DNA of 57,728 bases, taken from a virus (Duplodnaviria; Caudoviricetes). The notes below the pieces were generated by a model. That model ran no database searches and was not told the origin of the DNA. It was given only the letters and a program-made list of their open reading frames with translations. Positions 9,041-18,822 of this stretch are shown here, in pieces. The position numbers and the translations under genes are program-made. The stretch spans positions 1 to 57,728 of the IMG/VR virus record IMGVR_UViG_3300030430_005103; one strand, given 5' to 3'. The first letter of the stretch is position 1. Every line of letters begins with the position of its first letter.

Positions 9041-9881
9041 ATACGTCTTTGTAATGGACTTTTTTTTTAGTGAGTTTCAAGGTGGAGCAGAATTAAACGC
9101 TGAAACTCTTGCTAACTCTCTAAAACAAAACGGCGCAGAAATAGAATTAATTAATTCTTCTAAAGTCACAATTGATTTTATGAAACAAAGACTAAACGAT
9201 GTATTTGTTTTTGGTAATTTTGTTCTGTTGTCTGAAGAATCAAAAAGCTTTGCTATTGACAATTTAACTTATTTGATCTATGAGCAAGATCATAAATATT
9301 TAAAAACAAGAAACCCAATTTTCTTTCCAAATTTTAAAGCCCCAGCACATATGTTATGTAACATAGATTTTTTTAAAGCGGCGAAGAAAAATTTATTTTT
9401 AACAAAACTTTCAAGAGATGTATTTGTTGAAAATACCGGTTTAGACAATGTTTATAATTTAGGATGTTCAATATGGTCGAAAGAAGACTTAAACACGATG
9501 AGACAGCTATGCAATAGTGAAAAAGTTGATAAAGTTGCTGTGTTGGATTCAGATAATCCGATTAAAAAAAGAGCTAAAACAGTTGAGTACTGCAGTAATA
9601 ATAATTTAGATTTTGAATTAATAAAAGATAAAAACTATCACAAATTTTTAGAGAAGTTATCAAGATATAAAAAATTTATTTTCTTTACGGGTCACTTAGA
9701 AACGTGCGCTAGAATTCTCGTTGAAGCTAAAATGTTGAATGTTGAAGTTTCCTATCAAAAAAAATTAATTGGAGCAGCATCAGAACCTTGGTTTAAATTA
9801 TCTGGTTTGGAATTAATTGATGAAGTAGAAAAAATATGTGAAGAAATGCCGATAAAGGTAATGGAAATTGCTAATGAATAA
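9033..9881 (+). CDS. Divergent GT-B glycosyltransferase
   Basis: GGAE N-terminal loop and ETCARILVEAK (E-x7-E). TTG start. Confidence 0.7.
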   Translation: MRKYVFVMDFFFSEFQGGAELNAETLANSLKQNGAEIELINSSKVTIDFMKQRLNDVFVFGNFVLLSEESKSFAIDNLTYLIYEQDHKYLKTRNPIFFPNFKAPAHMLCNIDFFKAAKKNLFLTKLSRDVFVENTGLDNVYNLGCSIWSKEDLNTMRQLCNSEKVDKVAVLDSDNPIKKRAKTVEYCSNNNLDFELIKDKNYHKFLEKLSRYKKFIFFTGHLETCARILVEAKMLNVEVSYQKKLIGAASEPWFKLSGLELIDEVEKICEEMPIKVMEIANE

Positions 9882-10731
9882 GTGGTTAACAATTCCAATA
9901 AAAGAAAGAAAGTTGATGTTTAGAAAGCTTGGCAAAAACAGAACTCGACAACAAAAAACAAAATTGTTTAAAAATATGTTTCAAGGCTCAGAGTCAGTTT
10001 GTTTTTTAACAGGGGTTAGTCTAAATGAATTTCCGGCCGATAAGATAGAAAAATTCTGCGAAAATAAGGCTGTTTTTGCTGTTAAAACTGCAGCTCAAAA
10101 GTTTCCAAACATTGTTGATATATGTATAACCAATTCTTATAATACTTTTCATTTTCCAGAGGATAGAAATTATTTAGTTTTTGCTAGGCAAGATATGCCA
10201 ATTAATCAACCCAACTGGGTTAATTTAGATTTAATAAAAAGAGACACATACTCTTTAAAGTTTAAAAACAACCCCGACATTCTTTGGGGCTCTGATATTT
10301 CTTGTGGTCATTCAAGATCAGTATGTAAAGCCAATCGCTGGCATGAGAATTCTTTAGACAATAATCCAGACAATAGAATATTAGGACCAGGAATCATGTT
10401 TGATACTGTCGCTGCAGTAATGGCACATACGGGTGTCAAGTTGATTAGTTTTCTGGGGTGGGATGGATCCAGGTTGAACGAAGAGGGGAAAATAAAACAC
10501 TTTTATGACATCGAGACTGACTACAAGCCAACAATGAATTATGTATCTGATGATTTTGATATGAAAAATCTTAAAGCTGACTTAATAGAACATGAGCAAG
10601 AAATTGGTCAAAAATCAGAAATTGACTTGACAAACTATCTAAAATCTAATAACATTAATATCGAAATACTTTCAAAAATGAGCAATATCAATTCTTGTGT
10701 TGATAGAAATTTTGTTCTTTATAAGGGATAA
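9874..10731 (+). CDS. Maf/GT42/GT29-like nonulosonic acid transferase candidate
   Basis: CFLTGVSL...VFAVK...ISFLGWDG...HFYD pattern of the Maf/DUF115/CstII fold. Lies directly upstream of neuB. Confidence 0.6.
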   Translation: MNKWLTIPIKERKLMFRKLGKNRTRQQKTKLFKNMFQGSESVCFLTGVSLNEFPADKIEKFCENKAVFAVKTAAQKFPNIVDICITNSYNTFHFPEDRNYLVFARQDMPINQPNWVNLDLIKRDTYSLKFKNNPDILWGSDISCGHSRSVCKANRWHENSLDNNPDNRILGPGIMFDTVAAVMAHTGVKLISFLGWDGSRLNEEGKIKHFYDIETDYKPTMNYVSDDFDMKNLKADLIEHEQEIGQKSEIDLTNYLKSNNINIEILSKMSNINSCVDRNFVLYKG

Positions 10732-10732
10732 A

Positions 10733-11560
10733 ATGAAAAAAGTTTACATAATAGCAGAAATAGGAATTAACCACAACGGCAGTTTGCAAACAGCTAAAAA
10801 ATTAATTGATTTAGCTTCTGTTGCTGGCTGTGATGCGGTAAAATTTCAAAAAAGAAACCCAGACGTTTGTGTACCTGATCATCAAAAAAATGTAATGAGA
10901 CAAACTCCTTGGGGAGAAATGACTTATTTAGAATATAAGTATCGTATGGAGTTTGGGAAAGAAGAATATGATGAAATCAATGTGTATTGTAAAGAAAAAA
11001 ACATTGATTGGTCTGCTTCTCCTTGGGATTTAGATAGTTTAGAGTTCCTAATGGATTATGATCTTCCTTGGATTAAGATTCCGTCTGCCATGATCACAAA
11101 TGAAAACTTGATGAAAGCATCTGCTGCTACTGGTAAAAAAATTATATTTTCCACTGGTATGAGCACTTATGAGGAGATTGACAAAGCTGTTGAATGGCTG
11201 GGGTCTTCTGAAACTCTTATGCTTCATTGTAATTCAACTTACCCAGCGCCTTTAGAGGATTTGAATTTAAGTTGTATTAAAACTTTAAAAGAAAGGTATG
11301 GTTGTGAAGTCGGCTATAGCGGCCACGAATTTAGATTAGGGACGTCTGTAGCAGCCATATATCTTGGAGCTACTTGTATTGAACGTCACATAACTCTAGA
11401 TAGAACAATGTGGGGCTCAGATCACATGTCTTCTGTAGAGCCTCAAGGTTTAATAAAAATGGTTAGAGGGATTAGAGAGTTAGAAGTTGCATATGGAGAT
11501 GGTGTTAAAAAAGTTACCTCCGGAGAGCTAGCGCCCAGAAAAAAACTAAGAGGTTATTGA
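10733..11560 (+). CDS. neuB: Nonulosonate (N-acetylneuraminate/KDN-type) synthase, short form lacking the SAF domain
   Basis: IIAEIGINHNG, AVKFQKR, KIPS, STGMS, HCNSTYP, GYSGHE, IERHITLDR, SDH. Probable ATG at 10733. Confidence 0.95.
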   Translation: MKKVYIIAEIGINHNGSLQTAKKLIDLASVAGCDAVKFQKRNPDVCVPDHQKNVMRQTPWGEMTYLEYKYRMEFGKEEYDEINVYCKEKNIDWSASPWDLDSLEFLMDYDLPWIKIPSAMITNENLMKASAATGKKIIFSTGMSTYEEIDKAVEWLGSSETLMLHCNSTYPAPLEDLNLSCIKTLKERYGCEVGYSGHEFRLGTSVAAIYLGATCIERHITLDRTMWGSDHMSSVEPQGLIKMVRGIRELEVAYGDGVKKVTSGELAPRKKLRGY

Positions 11561-12309
11561 TGAAAGTTTCACCATATAGCCAAGGAGATGCCAACTTTAA
11601 AGACCTATCTAGAAAGAAAGCCTACCATATTTTCAAAGACTACAGCTTTTTTAAAGGCATATTTTCTGATAATGAAATCATATTTTCAAATTCAAAAGAA
11701 ATGATTTCAAAATATAAAAACAAAAAAATATTAGTTATAGGTGGTGGGCCTTCAACTAAAGAACTGTTAAAAGGTGATTACGAAACTGTCTTTAATCAAT
11801 ACGATTTTTTGTGGTCTTCAAATTCTTTTTTTTTAAATTCTGATCTGAAAAATATTAAAATTGATTTAGCCATGATGATGCTAGAGCCTGATTTATATTC
11901 GAAAGAGTTTGTTGAATATAGTAATAAATTTAAACCAACTATAGGCTTTGAATTACATGATAAATGGAAAAAAGAAAATTTTCAATATGACGATTTATTT
12001 ATGATGCAAACAAGATTTTATGGTATAATAGGCGTATGCCAAAGAATGATTATATTCGCCAATATTTTAGAGGCAAATCAAATAGGGTTTGTTGGTTTAG
12101 ATGGGTTGAAGAGTATGAAAAAAGGTGATCATTCGTTTGAGAAAAATAAAAAAACACTTCCGAGTATAACAAACGAAGAGACATTTCAATATCAATGTGA
12201 TGAGCTTTGGCGATATATAAACAACAATTTTAAAAAATCTAAAATTATAAACCATGGATTTGACAACCCGTATCATAGAGGACTAAAAGAGAGACTGAAT
12301 GAAAAATAA
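11560..12309 (+). CDS. Sialyltransferase-like protein (GT42 CstII/Maf-like)
   Basis: KKILVIGGGPS...WSSNSFF...IGFVGLDG resembles CstII IIAGNGPS...RCNQFY...IYLSGID. Lies between neuB and neuA. Confidence 0.7.
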   Translation: MKVSPYSQGDANFKDLSRKKAYHIFKDYSFFKGIFSDNEIIFSNSKEMISKYKNKKILVIGGGPSTKELLKGDYETVFNQYDFLWSSNSFFLNSDLKNIKIDLAMMMLEPDLYSKEFVEYSNKFKPTIGFELHDKWKKENFQYDDLFMMQTRFYGIIGVCQRMIIFANILEANQIGFVGLDGLKSMKKGDHSFEKNKKTLPSITNEETFQYQCDELWRYINNNFKKSKIINHGFDNPYHRGLKERLNEK

Positions 12310-12988
12310 AAACGATATATGTTTAGTTGTCCAGGCCAGAATGGGTTCACAGAGAGTCCCTGGTAAAATGCTTAAGCCTTTCAGCGGCACAACTTTGATG
12401 GATGTATGTTTAGAAAAGCTAAGTAAATCAAAAGTAATTCCAAATGAAAACATCTTCATATCTGTCTGGGAGAAAGAACTTAAAGCAGTAGCCCACCGTC
12501 ACAATTTAAATGTATTTAACAGAAGCGAGGAGTCTGCTTTTTCAGAAGGGACGCCAATGACTACCATGTATGAATGGTGGGATAAACTAGATTTTAAATA
12601 TTGCGTTTTAATAAATGCCTGCGCCCCATTTTTAAAGCTATCGACAATTGAAAAATTTTTCGAATCATATGAAAAATCTCAATCTGACGGAATGTTTGGA
12701 GTGATCGAAAAGAAAAATTATTTTTGGGACAATGATAGCAAATTGATGACGCAGTGGCCAGAGGGCCAAGCTGTTATGAACACAAAATTTGTTGGCAATA
12801 CTTATGAAGCTGCGCATTGTCTGTATGCTGGCAAGATGAGCGATATTGGCAATGGGATATGGATGGGGGATTTTTCTATACCTGGTGATATAGAATTGTA
12901 TCCAATGGAGGAAAAAGAGACTCTAGATATTGATTACCAATGGCAGTTTGACATGTGCGAGGTCTTGTATAATGGAGGGCACAGATAA
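12299..12988 (+). CDS. neuA: CMP-nonulosonate (acylneuraminate) cytidylyltransferase
   Basis: QARMGSQRVPGKML, R.EE.A, CAPFL, DIDYQWQF. Confidence 0.9.
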   Translation: MKNKNDICLVVQARMGSQRVPGKMLKPFSGTTLMDVCLEKLSKSKVIPNENIFISVWEKELKAVAHRHNLNVFNRSEESAFSEGTPMTTMYEWWDKLDFKYCVLINACAPFLKLSTIEKFFESYEKSQSDGMFGVIEKKNYFWDNDSKLMTQWPEGQAVMNTKFVGNTYEAAHCLYAGKMSDIGNGIWMGDFSIPGDIELYPMEEKETLDIDYQWQFDMCEVLYNGGHR

Positions 12989-14457
12989 TGTTTTATATTT
13001 TTGAAATGGCCAACAACCACCAAGGCAGCGTGGCACACGCTAAATTAATTATTGATAAATTCTCTAGTGTGGCTAAGCAAAAGAAAATAGATGCCGCCAT
13101 TAAATTACAATTTAGACAACTTGATTCCTTTATTCATAAAGATTTTAAAAAATCAGATTTGAAGTTTGTCAAAAGATTTAATTCGACTAGACTGACTAAA
13201 AAACAATTTCAAGAAATAATTCAATACACAAAACAAAAAGGTTTGTTACCAATGGCAACTCCATTTGATAATGAATCCCTACATTGGCTATCAGATTTAA
13301 ACGTTCCGATAGTCAAAGTGGCTAGTTGTTCTATTGACGACTGGGTTCTTTTAGAAGAACTGTCAAATATAAATAAAAAAATAATTATTTCTACTGGCGG
13401 CGCCTCAATAAAAGTTTTAAAAAAAGTTTATGATCTGTTTAAAAGTAAAAAAAGAGATTTTGCTTTTATGCATTGTGTTGGAGAATACCCAACACCAATA
13501 GAAAATTCAAACCTAAATAGAATTACACTTTTAAAAGAAACGTTTCCAGATATTGAAATTGGATTCTCAACTCATGAGGCGCCTCAAGCTAAAACAATGT
13601 GCCCACACGCAGTTGCCATGGGTTGTACAATTATTGAAAAACACGTTGGTGTTGAAACAGAAGAAATAAAATTAAATTTGTATTCAAACACCCCGGAGCA
13701 AATGGCCAACGTTATAGATGAGGTTGGTTTGATAGAAAAAGCTATGATGGGTGTGTCAAACAGTGAAAAAGATTCCTTATCTAAGCTAAAAAGAGGCGCA
13801 TATGTCAAGAAAACATTACCAGAGGGCACAGTTTTAAAAAGGGAACATTTTTATTATTGTATGCCAAAGCAAGAAAATCAATTAGATGCATCTGATTGTT
13901 ATAAATTGTTTGATAAAAAACTTAAAAAGAAAATTGAAAAAGATGCGCCGATAACTGCTGATCACATAGACAACGAACACTCAGAATTAATATTACAAAT
14001 CGTTAAAAAAGCTAATAAAATTTTGAATAATTCAAAAGTTCCAATATACGGAAACGAAAAAGTTGAAATATCATGCCATTACGGGATAGAGAATTTTTTC
14101 AAAAAAGGCGCCTTAATTATCGATAAAATTAACAGAGAATATTGTAAAAAGATAATTGTAATGTTTCCAGAACAATCTCACCCTGTTCATAGACACATAA
14201 AAAAAGAAGAGGCTTTTGAGTTGCTGAGTGGAGATTGTACTTTAAATTTAAACGGCACAGATATAACTCTTAAAAAAGGAAAACCGGTTTTGATAGCTAG
14301 AGGTGTAAACCACTCTTTTAAATCTAAAAACGGATGCGTCATAGAAGAAGTTTCCACTACTCATGTGATAGGAGATTCAATTTATACTGACCCCTTAATC
14401 AACAGTTTAAAAACCGAAGAAAGAAAAATAAAAATAAGTTTAAAAGAAATACTATAA
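12988..14457 (+). CDS. neuB: NeuB-family synthase fused to SAF and a C-terminal cupin (D-lyxose/mannose isomerase-like)
   Basis: FEMANNHQG, KLQFR, TPFD, KVASC, HCVGEYP, GFSTHE, EKHV. SAF-like middle. EYCKKII...HPVHRHIKKEE and H.F...IEEVST cupin motifs. Confidence 0.9.
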   Translation: MFYIFEMANNHQGSVAHAKLIIDKFSSVAKQKKIDAAIKLQFRQLDSFIHKDFKKSDLKFVKRFNSTRLTKKQFQEIIQYTKQKGLLPMATPFDNESLHWLSDLNVPIVKVASCSIDDWVLLEELSNINKKIIISTGGASIKVLKKVYDLFKSKKRDFAFMHCVGEYPTPIENSNLNRITLLKETFPDIEIGFSTHEAPQAKTMCPHAVAMGCTIIEKHVGVETEEIKLNLYSNTPEQMANVIDEVGLIEKAMMGVSNSEKDSLSKLKRGAYVKKTLPEGTVLKREHFYYCMPKQENQLDASDCYKLFDKKLKKKIEKDAPITADHIDNEHSELILQIVKKANKILNNSKVPIYGNEKVEISCHYGIENFFKKGALIIDKINREYCKKIIVMFPEQSHPVHRHIKKEEAFELLSGDCTLNLNGTDITLKKGKPVLIARGVNHSFKSKNGCVIEEVSTTHVIGDSIYTDPLINSLKTEERKIKISLKEIL

Positions 14458-14474
14458 CGTATGAAGGATTTGTA

Positions 14475-15380
14475 ATGAGAGAATCTAGTTGGCCGGAATA
14501 TTACTCCTTATGTAAAAATGAGTTTATAAATCAAAAACAAAAATCATCTATAGTTAAAAATATTTATGATCTTACAGTTGTAGAACATAATCAAAATGAC
14601 CCAGTTATCAATAGAGATGAAGCTTATTTTACAATTATAAATTCTATAGCTACTAAAGTTGATGCCTTACTTTCAGACAAATCAAAATATACTTTAAGAA
14701 ACCATTGTTACGCGCTAGATAATATTTGGCACTGCGAAGATGAACTTGTTCAATTGGGAGATTTTTTAATTCCTCAATTACAAGAAAAAGTTTTTGGTTC
14801 TTATATCCATGTCGATAATATCAAAATTTATAGAAATTTTGTGTCCAAACAAAAAGATTCATCTTCTTGGCTATGGCATTTAGATAACAACCCAAAAGAG
14901 CAAATAAAAGTTTTAATTTATTTAACTGACGTTGGTGCCGGCGATGGTGAATTTACGTATTTAAAAAACAAACAGGGAGAAGGTCTAAAAGTTCCAACAT
15001 CCAGAGTGTCATACCCAGACAATTGGAAAGAGCCATGGCAATTTCCACCTCCGTTTTTTTCTTTAGAAAATCTCAACAAATCATGGTATAAAGATAGAGT
15101 TCCAAAAAATATAATATCTAAACTGTGTGAAGAGGATGGATATTGTCCATATTCCGCACAAGGACCGAAAGGAACTTTATTTATTTTTGATAATAATATA
15201 ATTCACAAAGCAACGATCCCAAAAAACAACCATCGCGATGTTTTAATACTTCAAATAAAACCATCAATGATAAAAATATCACCAACTATTAATAAAAATA
15301 ATACTGGAAATGGCTGGAATCACACAACTTTTAATAAAGATCCTTCCATTTTAAATGTTTTAAAAAATATGATAGACTAG
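14475..15380 (+). CDS. 2OG-Fe(II) dioxygenase (PhyH-like)
   Basis: WHLD (HxD), IYLTDV...G.F, GTLFIFD...HKA, distal R. Confidence 0.8.
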   Translation: MRESSWPEYYSLCKNEFINQKQKSSIVKNIYDLTVVEHNQNDPVINRDEAYFTIINSIATKVDALLSDKSKYTLRNHCYALDNIWHCEDELVQLGDFLIPQLQEKVFGSYIHVDNIKIYRNFVSKQKDSSSWLWHLDNNPKEQIKVLIYLTDVGAGDGEFTYLKNKQGEGLKVPTSRVSYPDNWKEPWQFPPPFFSLENLNKSWYKDRVPKNIISKLCEEDGYCPYSAQGPKGTLFIFDNNIIHKATIPKNNHRDVLILQIKPSMIKISPTINKNNTGNGWNHTTFNKDPSILNVLKNMID

Positions 15381-15400
15381 ACTTATAAAAAGAGGCAATA

Positions 15401-16498
15401 ATGAACATTTTGATCCCAATGGCTGGCGAAGGGAGCAGGTTTAAAGTATCTGGAGTTGAAACACCAAAGCCGTTGATAATGGTTGACGACGTGCACATGG
15501 TTGAATGGGCAGTAAAAACTTTAAATATTCCCGGTAATTATATTTTCGTAACTAGAAATTATGTTAATAATGATAATAACAAGAAGTTAGACGCAGTATT
15601 AAGAAAAATTAAACCAAATTGTAAAATTATTAGAATAAATGAATTAACAAGAGGGGCCGCAGAAACATGTTTAGCGGCAAAAAAATTAATTGACAATGAT
15701 AACCCCTTGATAATCACTAATTGTGATCAGCTTATGAAATGGGATGCTGGTAGTTTCTTGTCTAGTTTAACAGGGGATGTCGACGGTTCTGTTGTAACTT
15801 ACAATTCTACAAACATAAAAAATAGTTTTATATCTTTTGATCATAACAATAATGTAATAGAAGTTAGAGAAAAAACTCCGATCAGCGATCACGCTTTGGT
15901 TGGCTTACATTATTGGAAGCATGGCTCTGACTTCGTTAGTTCAGCCGAAGAAATGATTAAAGAAAACGTAAAAGATGATGGAGAGTTTTACATCGCACCA
16001 ACTTATAATTTTCTAATAGCTAAAAATAAAAAAATATCATATTATCACTTAAAAAACAATCAATATATTTCTCTAGGAACACCAGAGGACCTATCCGTCT
16101 ATATTGGCAAAAAAAATGAATTTAAAGAAAATAAACCAAAAACAATTTTTTGTGATCTAGATGGTACTGTCTTAAAACACGTTCACAAATATTCAAACAT
16201 TGGTAAAATCAAACCTGAATTAAATGATGGTGTTATAGAAAAATTTGATGAATGGGACTCTTTAGGTCTAAAGATAATTTTAGTAACGGGTAGAAAAGAA
16301 TCGGCTAGGAAAAAAACAGAAGAAGATTTAGAAAGTCTAGGCATCCCGTATGATCAACTTGTAATGAATGTTGGAAATGGTCCGCGTGTCATGATAAATG
16401 ATAAGATATCTCAAGATTCTGGTGATCGCATACATGCTGTTAATGTCGTAACTGACTCTGGCTTCAGTTGTGTCGATTGGAAAAAATTTAAACTTTAG
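15401..16498 (+). CDS. Sugar nucleotidyltransferase-like domain fused to a HAD-family phosphatase
   Basis: IPMAGEGSRF...PKPLI, NCDQ, EK, EFY, LGTPED, followed by FCDLDGT, VTGR, INDK. Confidence 0.88.
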   Translation: MNILIPMAGEGSRFKVSGVETPKPLIMVDDVHMVEWAVKTLNIPGNYIFVTRNYVNNDNNKKLDAVLRKIKPNCKIIRINELTRGAAETCLAAKKLIDNDNPLIITNCDQLMKWDAGSFLSSLTGDVDGSVVTYNSTNIKNSFISFDHNNNVIEVREKTPISDHALVGLHYWKHGSDFVSSAEEMIKENVKDDGEFYIAPTYNFLIAKNKKISYYHLKNNQYISLGTPEDLSVYIGKKNEFKENKPKTIFCDLDGTVLKHVHKYSNIGKIKPELNDGVIEKFDEWDSLGLKIILVTGRKESARKKTEEDLESLGIPYDQLVMNVGNGPRVMINDKISQDSGDRIHAVNVVTDSGFSCVDWKKFKL

Positions 16499-16512
16499 AA
16501 GGAGAATACATT

Positions 16513-17217
16513 ATGAAATTTAAATTTATTGAAATAGGCACATCAAATTTTAATACCATGGCCCATGATTTAAACAAAGGCAGAATCAAACTAGAGGATG
16601 ATTTTTGGGGAATGTCTATTGAACCAATGAATGATTATTTAGAGCAATTACCTGAAAACAAAAAATTAGTAAAAGTAAATTGTGCTATCGTTACAGATGA
16701 TAAAAAACAAACAGAAAAATTCTACTACGTTTCACCAAAGACAATAAGTGAACAAAAGTTTGTTAATGGAAAATCTTTGAGAGGAAGCAATTCAGTGGGA
16801 ACTCCACACATTTTACACACAAACTACATGGAAAAACATAATGACTACTTTTGCTCAGATGTTGAAGATATTAATGTCTTTAAAACAAGAAATCTTTTAG
16901 AAGAGGGTCTAGTTACGGTTGAAGATGTGAAATGTTTAACTTGGGGTAAATTAGTTGAAGAACACAACATCGAATTTGTAGAACATATAAAAATTGATGC
17001 CGAGGGAATGGATATGGATATTGTAGAAAGTATCCTACTTTTTTACTCAAACAACGGTCAACTTAAGCACCCTAAAATGATTGACTTTGAAGTGAACAAA
17101 ACCGTACCACTTGAAAAGAGATCTGGAAAAGCTTGGAGTGATTTTTTATCTTTAGTTGATAAAAGTGGGTATTCAATGGAAAAAATAGCACTAGCAGACT
17201 ATAGAATTACAAAATGA
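16513..17217 (+). CDS. FkbM-family SAM methyltransferase
   Basis: FIEIG, SIEP, NCAI, IKIDAEGMD, I.FE. Confidence 0.8.
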   Translation: MKFKFIEIGTSNFNTMAHDLNKGRIKLEDDFWGMSIEPMNDYLEQLPENKKLVKVNCAIVTDDKKQTEKFYYVSPKTISEQKFVNGKSLRGSNSVGTPHILHTNYMEKHNDYFCSDVEDINVFKTRNLLEEGLVTVEDVKCLTWGKLVEEHNIEFVEHIKIDAEGMDMDIVESILLFYSNNGQLKHPKMIDFEVNKTVPLEKRSGKAWSDFLSLVDKSGYSMEKIALADYRITK

Positions 17218-17543
17218 AAATATATAAATTAAAAGATATGGTATCTGGGTGGTTTGTAGGTAATTTTGAACCCACTGCTTACAAAACAGAGCACTTTGAA
17301 GTTTGCTATAGAGTCCATCCAAAAGGTGAAAAGTGGGATCTTCATTATCATAAAGAGGGCACAGAAATAAATTTGTTAATTAAAGGTAAAATGACAATGC
17401 AAGGTAAAGAGTTATCTAGTGGAGATGTTTTTATTGTTTACCCATATGAAATATCTGATCCTGTTTTTTTGGAAGACTGTGCGATTGTATGTGTTAAAAC
17501 CCCGTCTTCCACTAAAGATAAATTTTGCTTAAAAGAGGCATAA
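17214..17543 (+). CDS. Cupin-domain protein
   Basis: GWFVGNF, HYHK...E, G.M, GD.F...P.E. Confidence 0.8.
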   Translation: MKIYKLKDMVSGWFVGNFEPTAYKTEHFEVCYRVHPKGEKWDLHYHKEGTEINLLIKGKMTMQGKELSSGDVFIVYPYEISDPVFLEDCAIVCVKTPSSTKDKFCLKEA

Positions 17544-17544
17544 A

Positions 17545-17988
17545 TTGTTGTTAATTTCCCATAGAGGTAATATCACTGGTAAGAATAAAAACCTTGAAAA
17601 CACCACAGATTATATACTAAATGCTATTAATTTAGGGTACAATGTTGAGATAGATGTGTGGAATATAAAAGGCAAATGGTATTTGGGCCACGATAATCCA
17701 GATAACAAAATAGATATTTCATTTTTAAGAAATAATTTACTTTGGTGTCACGCCAAAAATTTAGACGCTTTAGCTCACATGGTTTCAGATAGAAATATAC
17801 ATTGTTTTTGGCATGAGGACGATAAAGCAACTTTAACAACAGAAAATTTTTTGTGGACTTTTCCTGGTGAAACGTTATATAATAATTCTATTAGTGTATT
17901 GCCAGAAATTTGTGGACAAACAAAAGAAGCGCTATATGAAAAACAAATATCTGGAATTTGCTCAGACTACATAGGGGATTATAAATGA
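17545..17988 (+). CDS. Minimal GDPD/PLC-like phosphodiesterase
   Basis: ISHRGN, EN, VEIDV, LGHD, HAKN, GICSDY. TTG start. Confidence 0.8.
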   Translation: MLLISHRGNITGKNKNLENTTDYILNAINLGYNVEIDVWNIKGKWYLGHDNPDNKIDISFLRNNLLWCHAKNLDALAHMVSDRNIHCFWHEDDKATLTTENFLWTFPGETLYNNSISVLPEICGQTKEALYEKQISGICSDYIGDYK

Positions 17989-18812
17989 AAATCGCGATGT
18001 GCTTTAATGGAAAAATTGGCGGTATCACGACTCAAAAAACAAATAATTTGTCTTGGCAAGATCCAAGAGTTTTTAGAGCTTCTTTAAAAAAATACAAAGA
18101 AAATATTATAGATTGTAACGAAGATGATGACATAGACGTGTTTATTCACTGTTGGGATTCGGAACATAAAGATGAGTTAATTGATAAGTTAAACCCGGTT
18201 TCGTATTTGTTTGAAGATTCTCCGCATTACTATGGTCACAAAATAGCACCTTATGTTAAAGGCCCGAACGGAAAAAAATTTTCAATTTATAATAAGTGGC
18301 TGTCTGTTAAAAAAACATTAGACTTAATGAATGTCCACTCCACAGTTAATAATGTAAAGTATGATTTTGTTATTTTGTGTCGTTTTGATGTTTCTTTTTT
18401 AGAACCTTTGGTGTTTTCTGATTTAAACAAAGACAAGTTTTACGTAACAAATTGGCACCAGTATTTTGCTAATGAAAACTCACATCAAATAAATGATAAA
18501 TTTGCTTGTTCTCCGAATTGGAGAGCCACAGAAGGGCACAAATATATATACAAAAAAGTTGGATATCCTGTGGATGATACTGGATTTATGGATTTGTGGT
18601 TTTTGTCTTCTCAAGAAAAAATGTTATTATTATCAAAGGTTTATGATAATTTAAACGAATTAGCTAGAGATAAGCAATCAAATGATCACTGTGGAAACTT
18701 TTCAAACCATAGGCACTTTAAAATCTATCTTGAGCAGCACGATATTATAAAAGACTTGGAGTATGTTTTAGACTTTCCAACTACCTGCTGTCATACAAGA
18801 TACTTATTATAA
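17985..18812 (+). CDS. Putative glycosyltransferase-like protein
   Basis: KIAMCFNG...VFIHCW...YDFVILCRFD pattern typical of uncharacterised GT-like proteins in glycan loci. Confidence 0.55.
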   Translation: MKIAMCFNGKIGGITTQKTNNLSWQDPRVFRASLKKYKENIIDCNEDDDIDVFIHCWDSEHKDELIDKLNPVSYLFEDSPHYYGHKIAPYVKGPNGKKFSIYNKWLSVKKTLDLMNVHSTVNNVKYDFVILCRFDVSFLEPLVFSDLNKDKFYVTNWHQYFANENSHQINDKFACSPNWRATEGHKYIYKKVGYPVDDTGFMDLWFLSSQEKMLLLSKVYDNLNELARDKQSNDHCGNFSNHRHFKIYLEQHDIIKDLEYVLDFPTTCCHTRYLL

Positions 18813-18822
18813 GAGGAATAAA

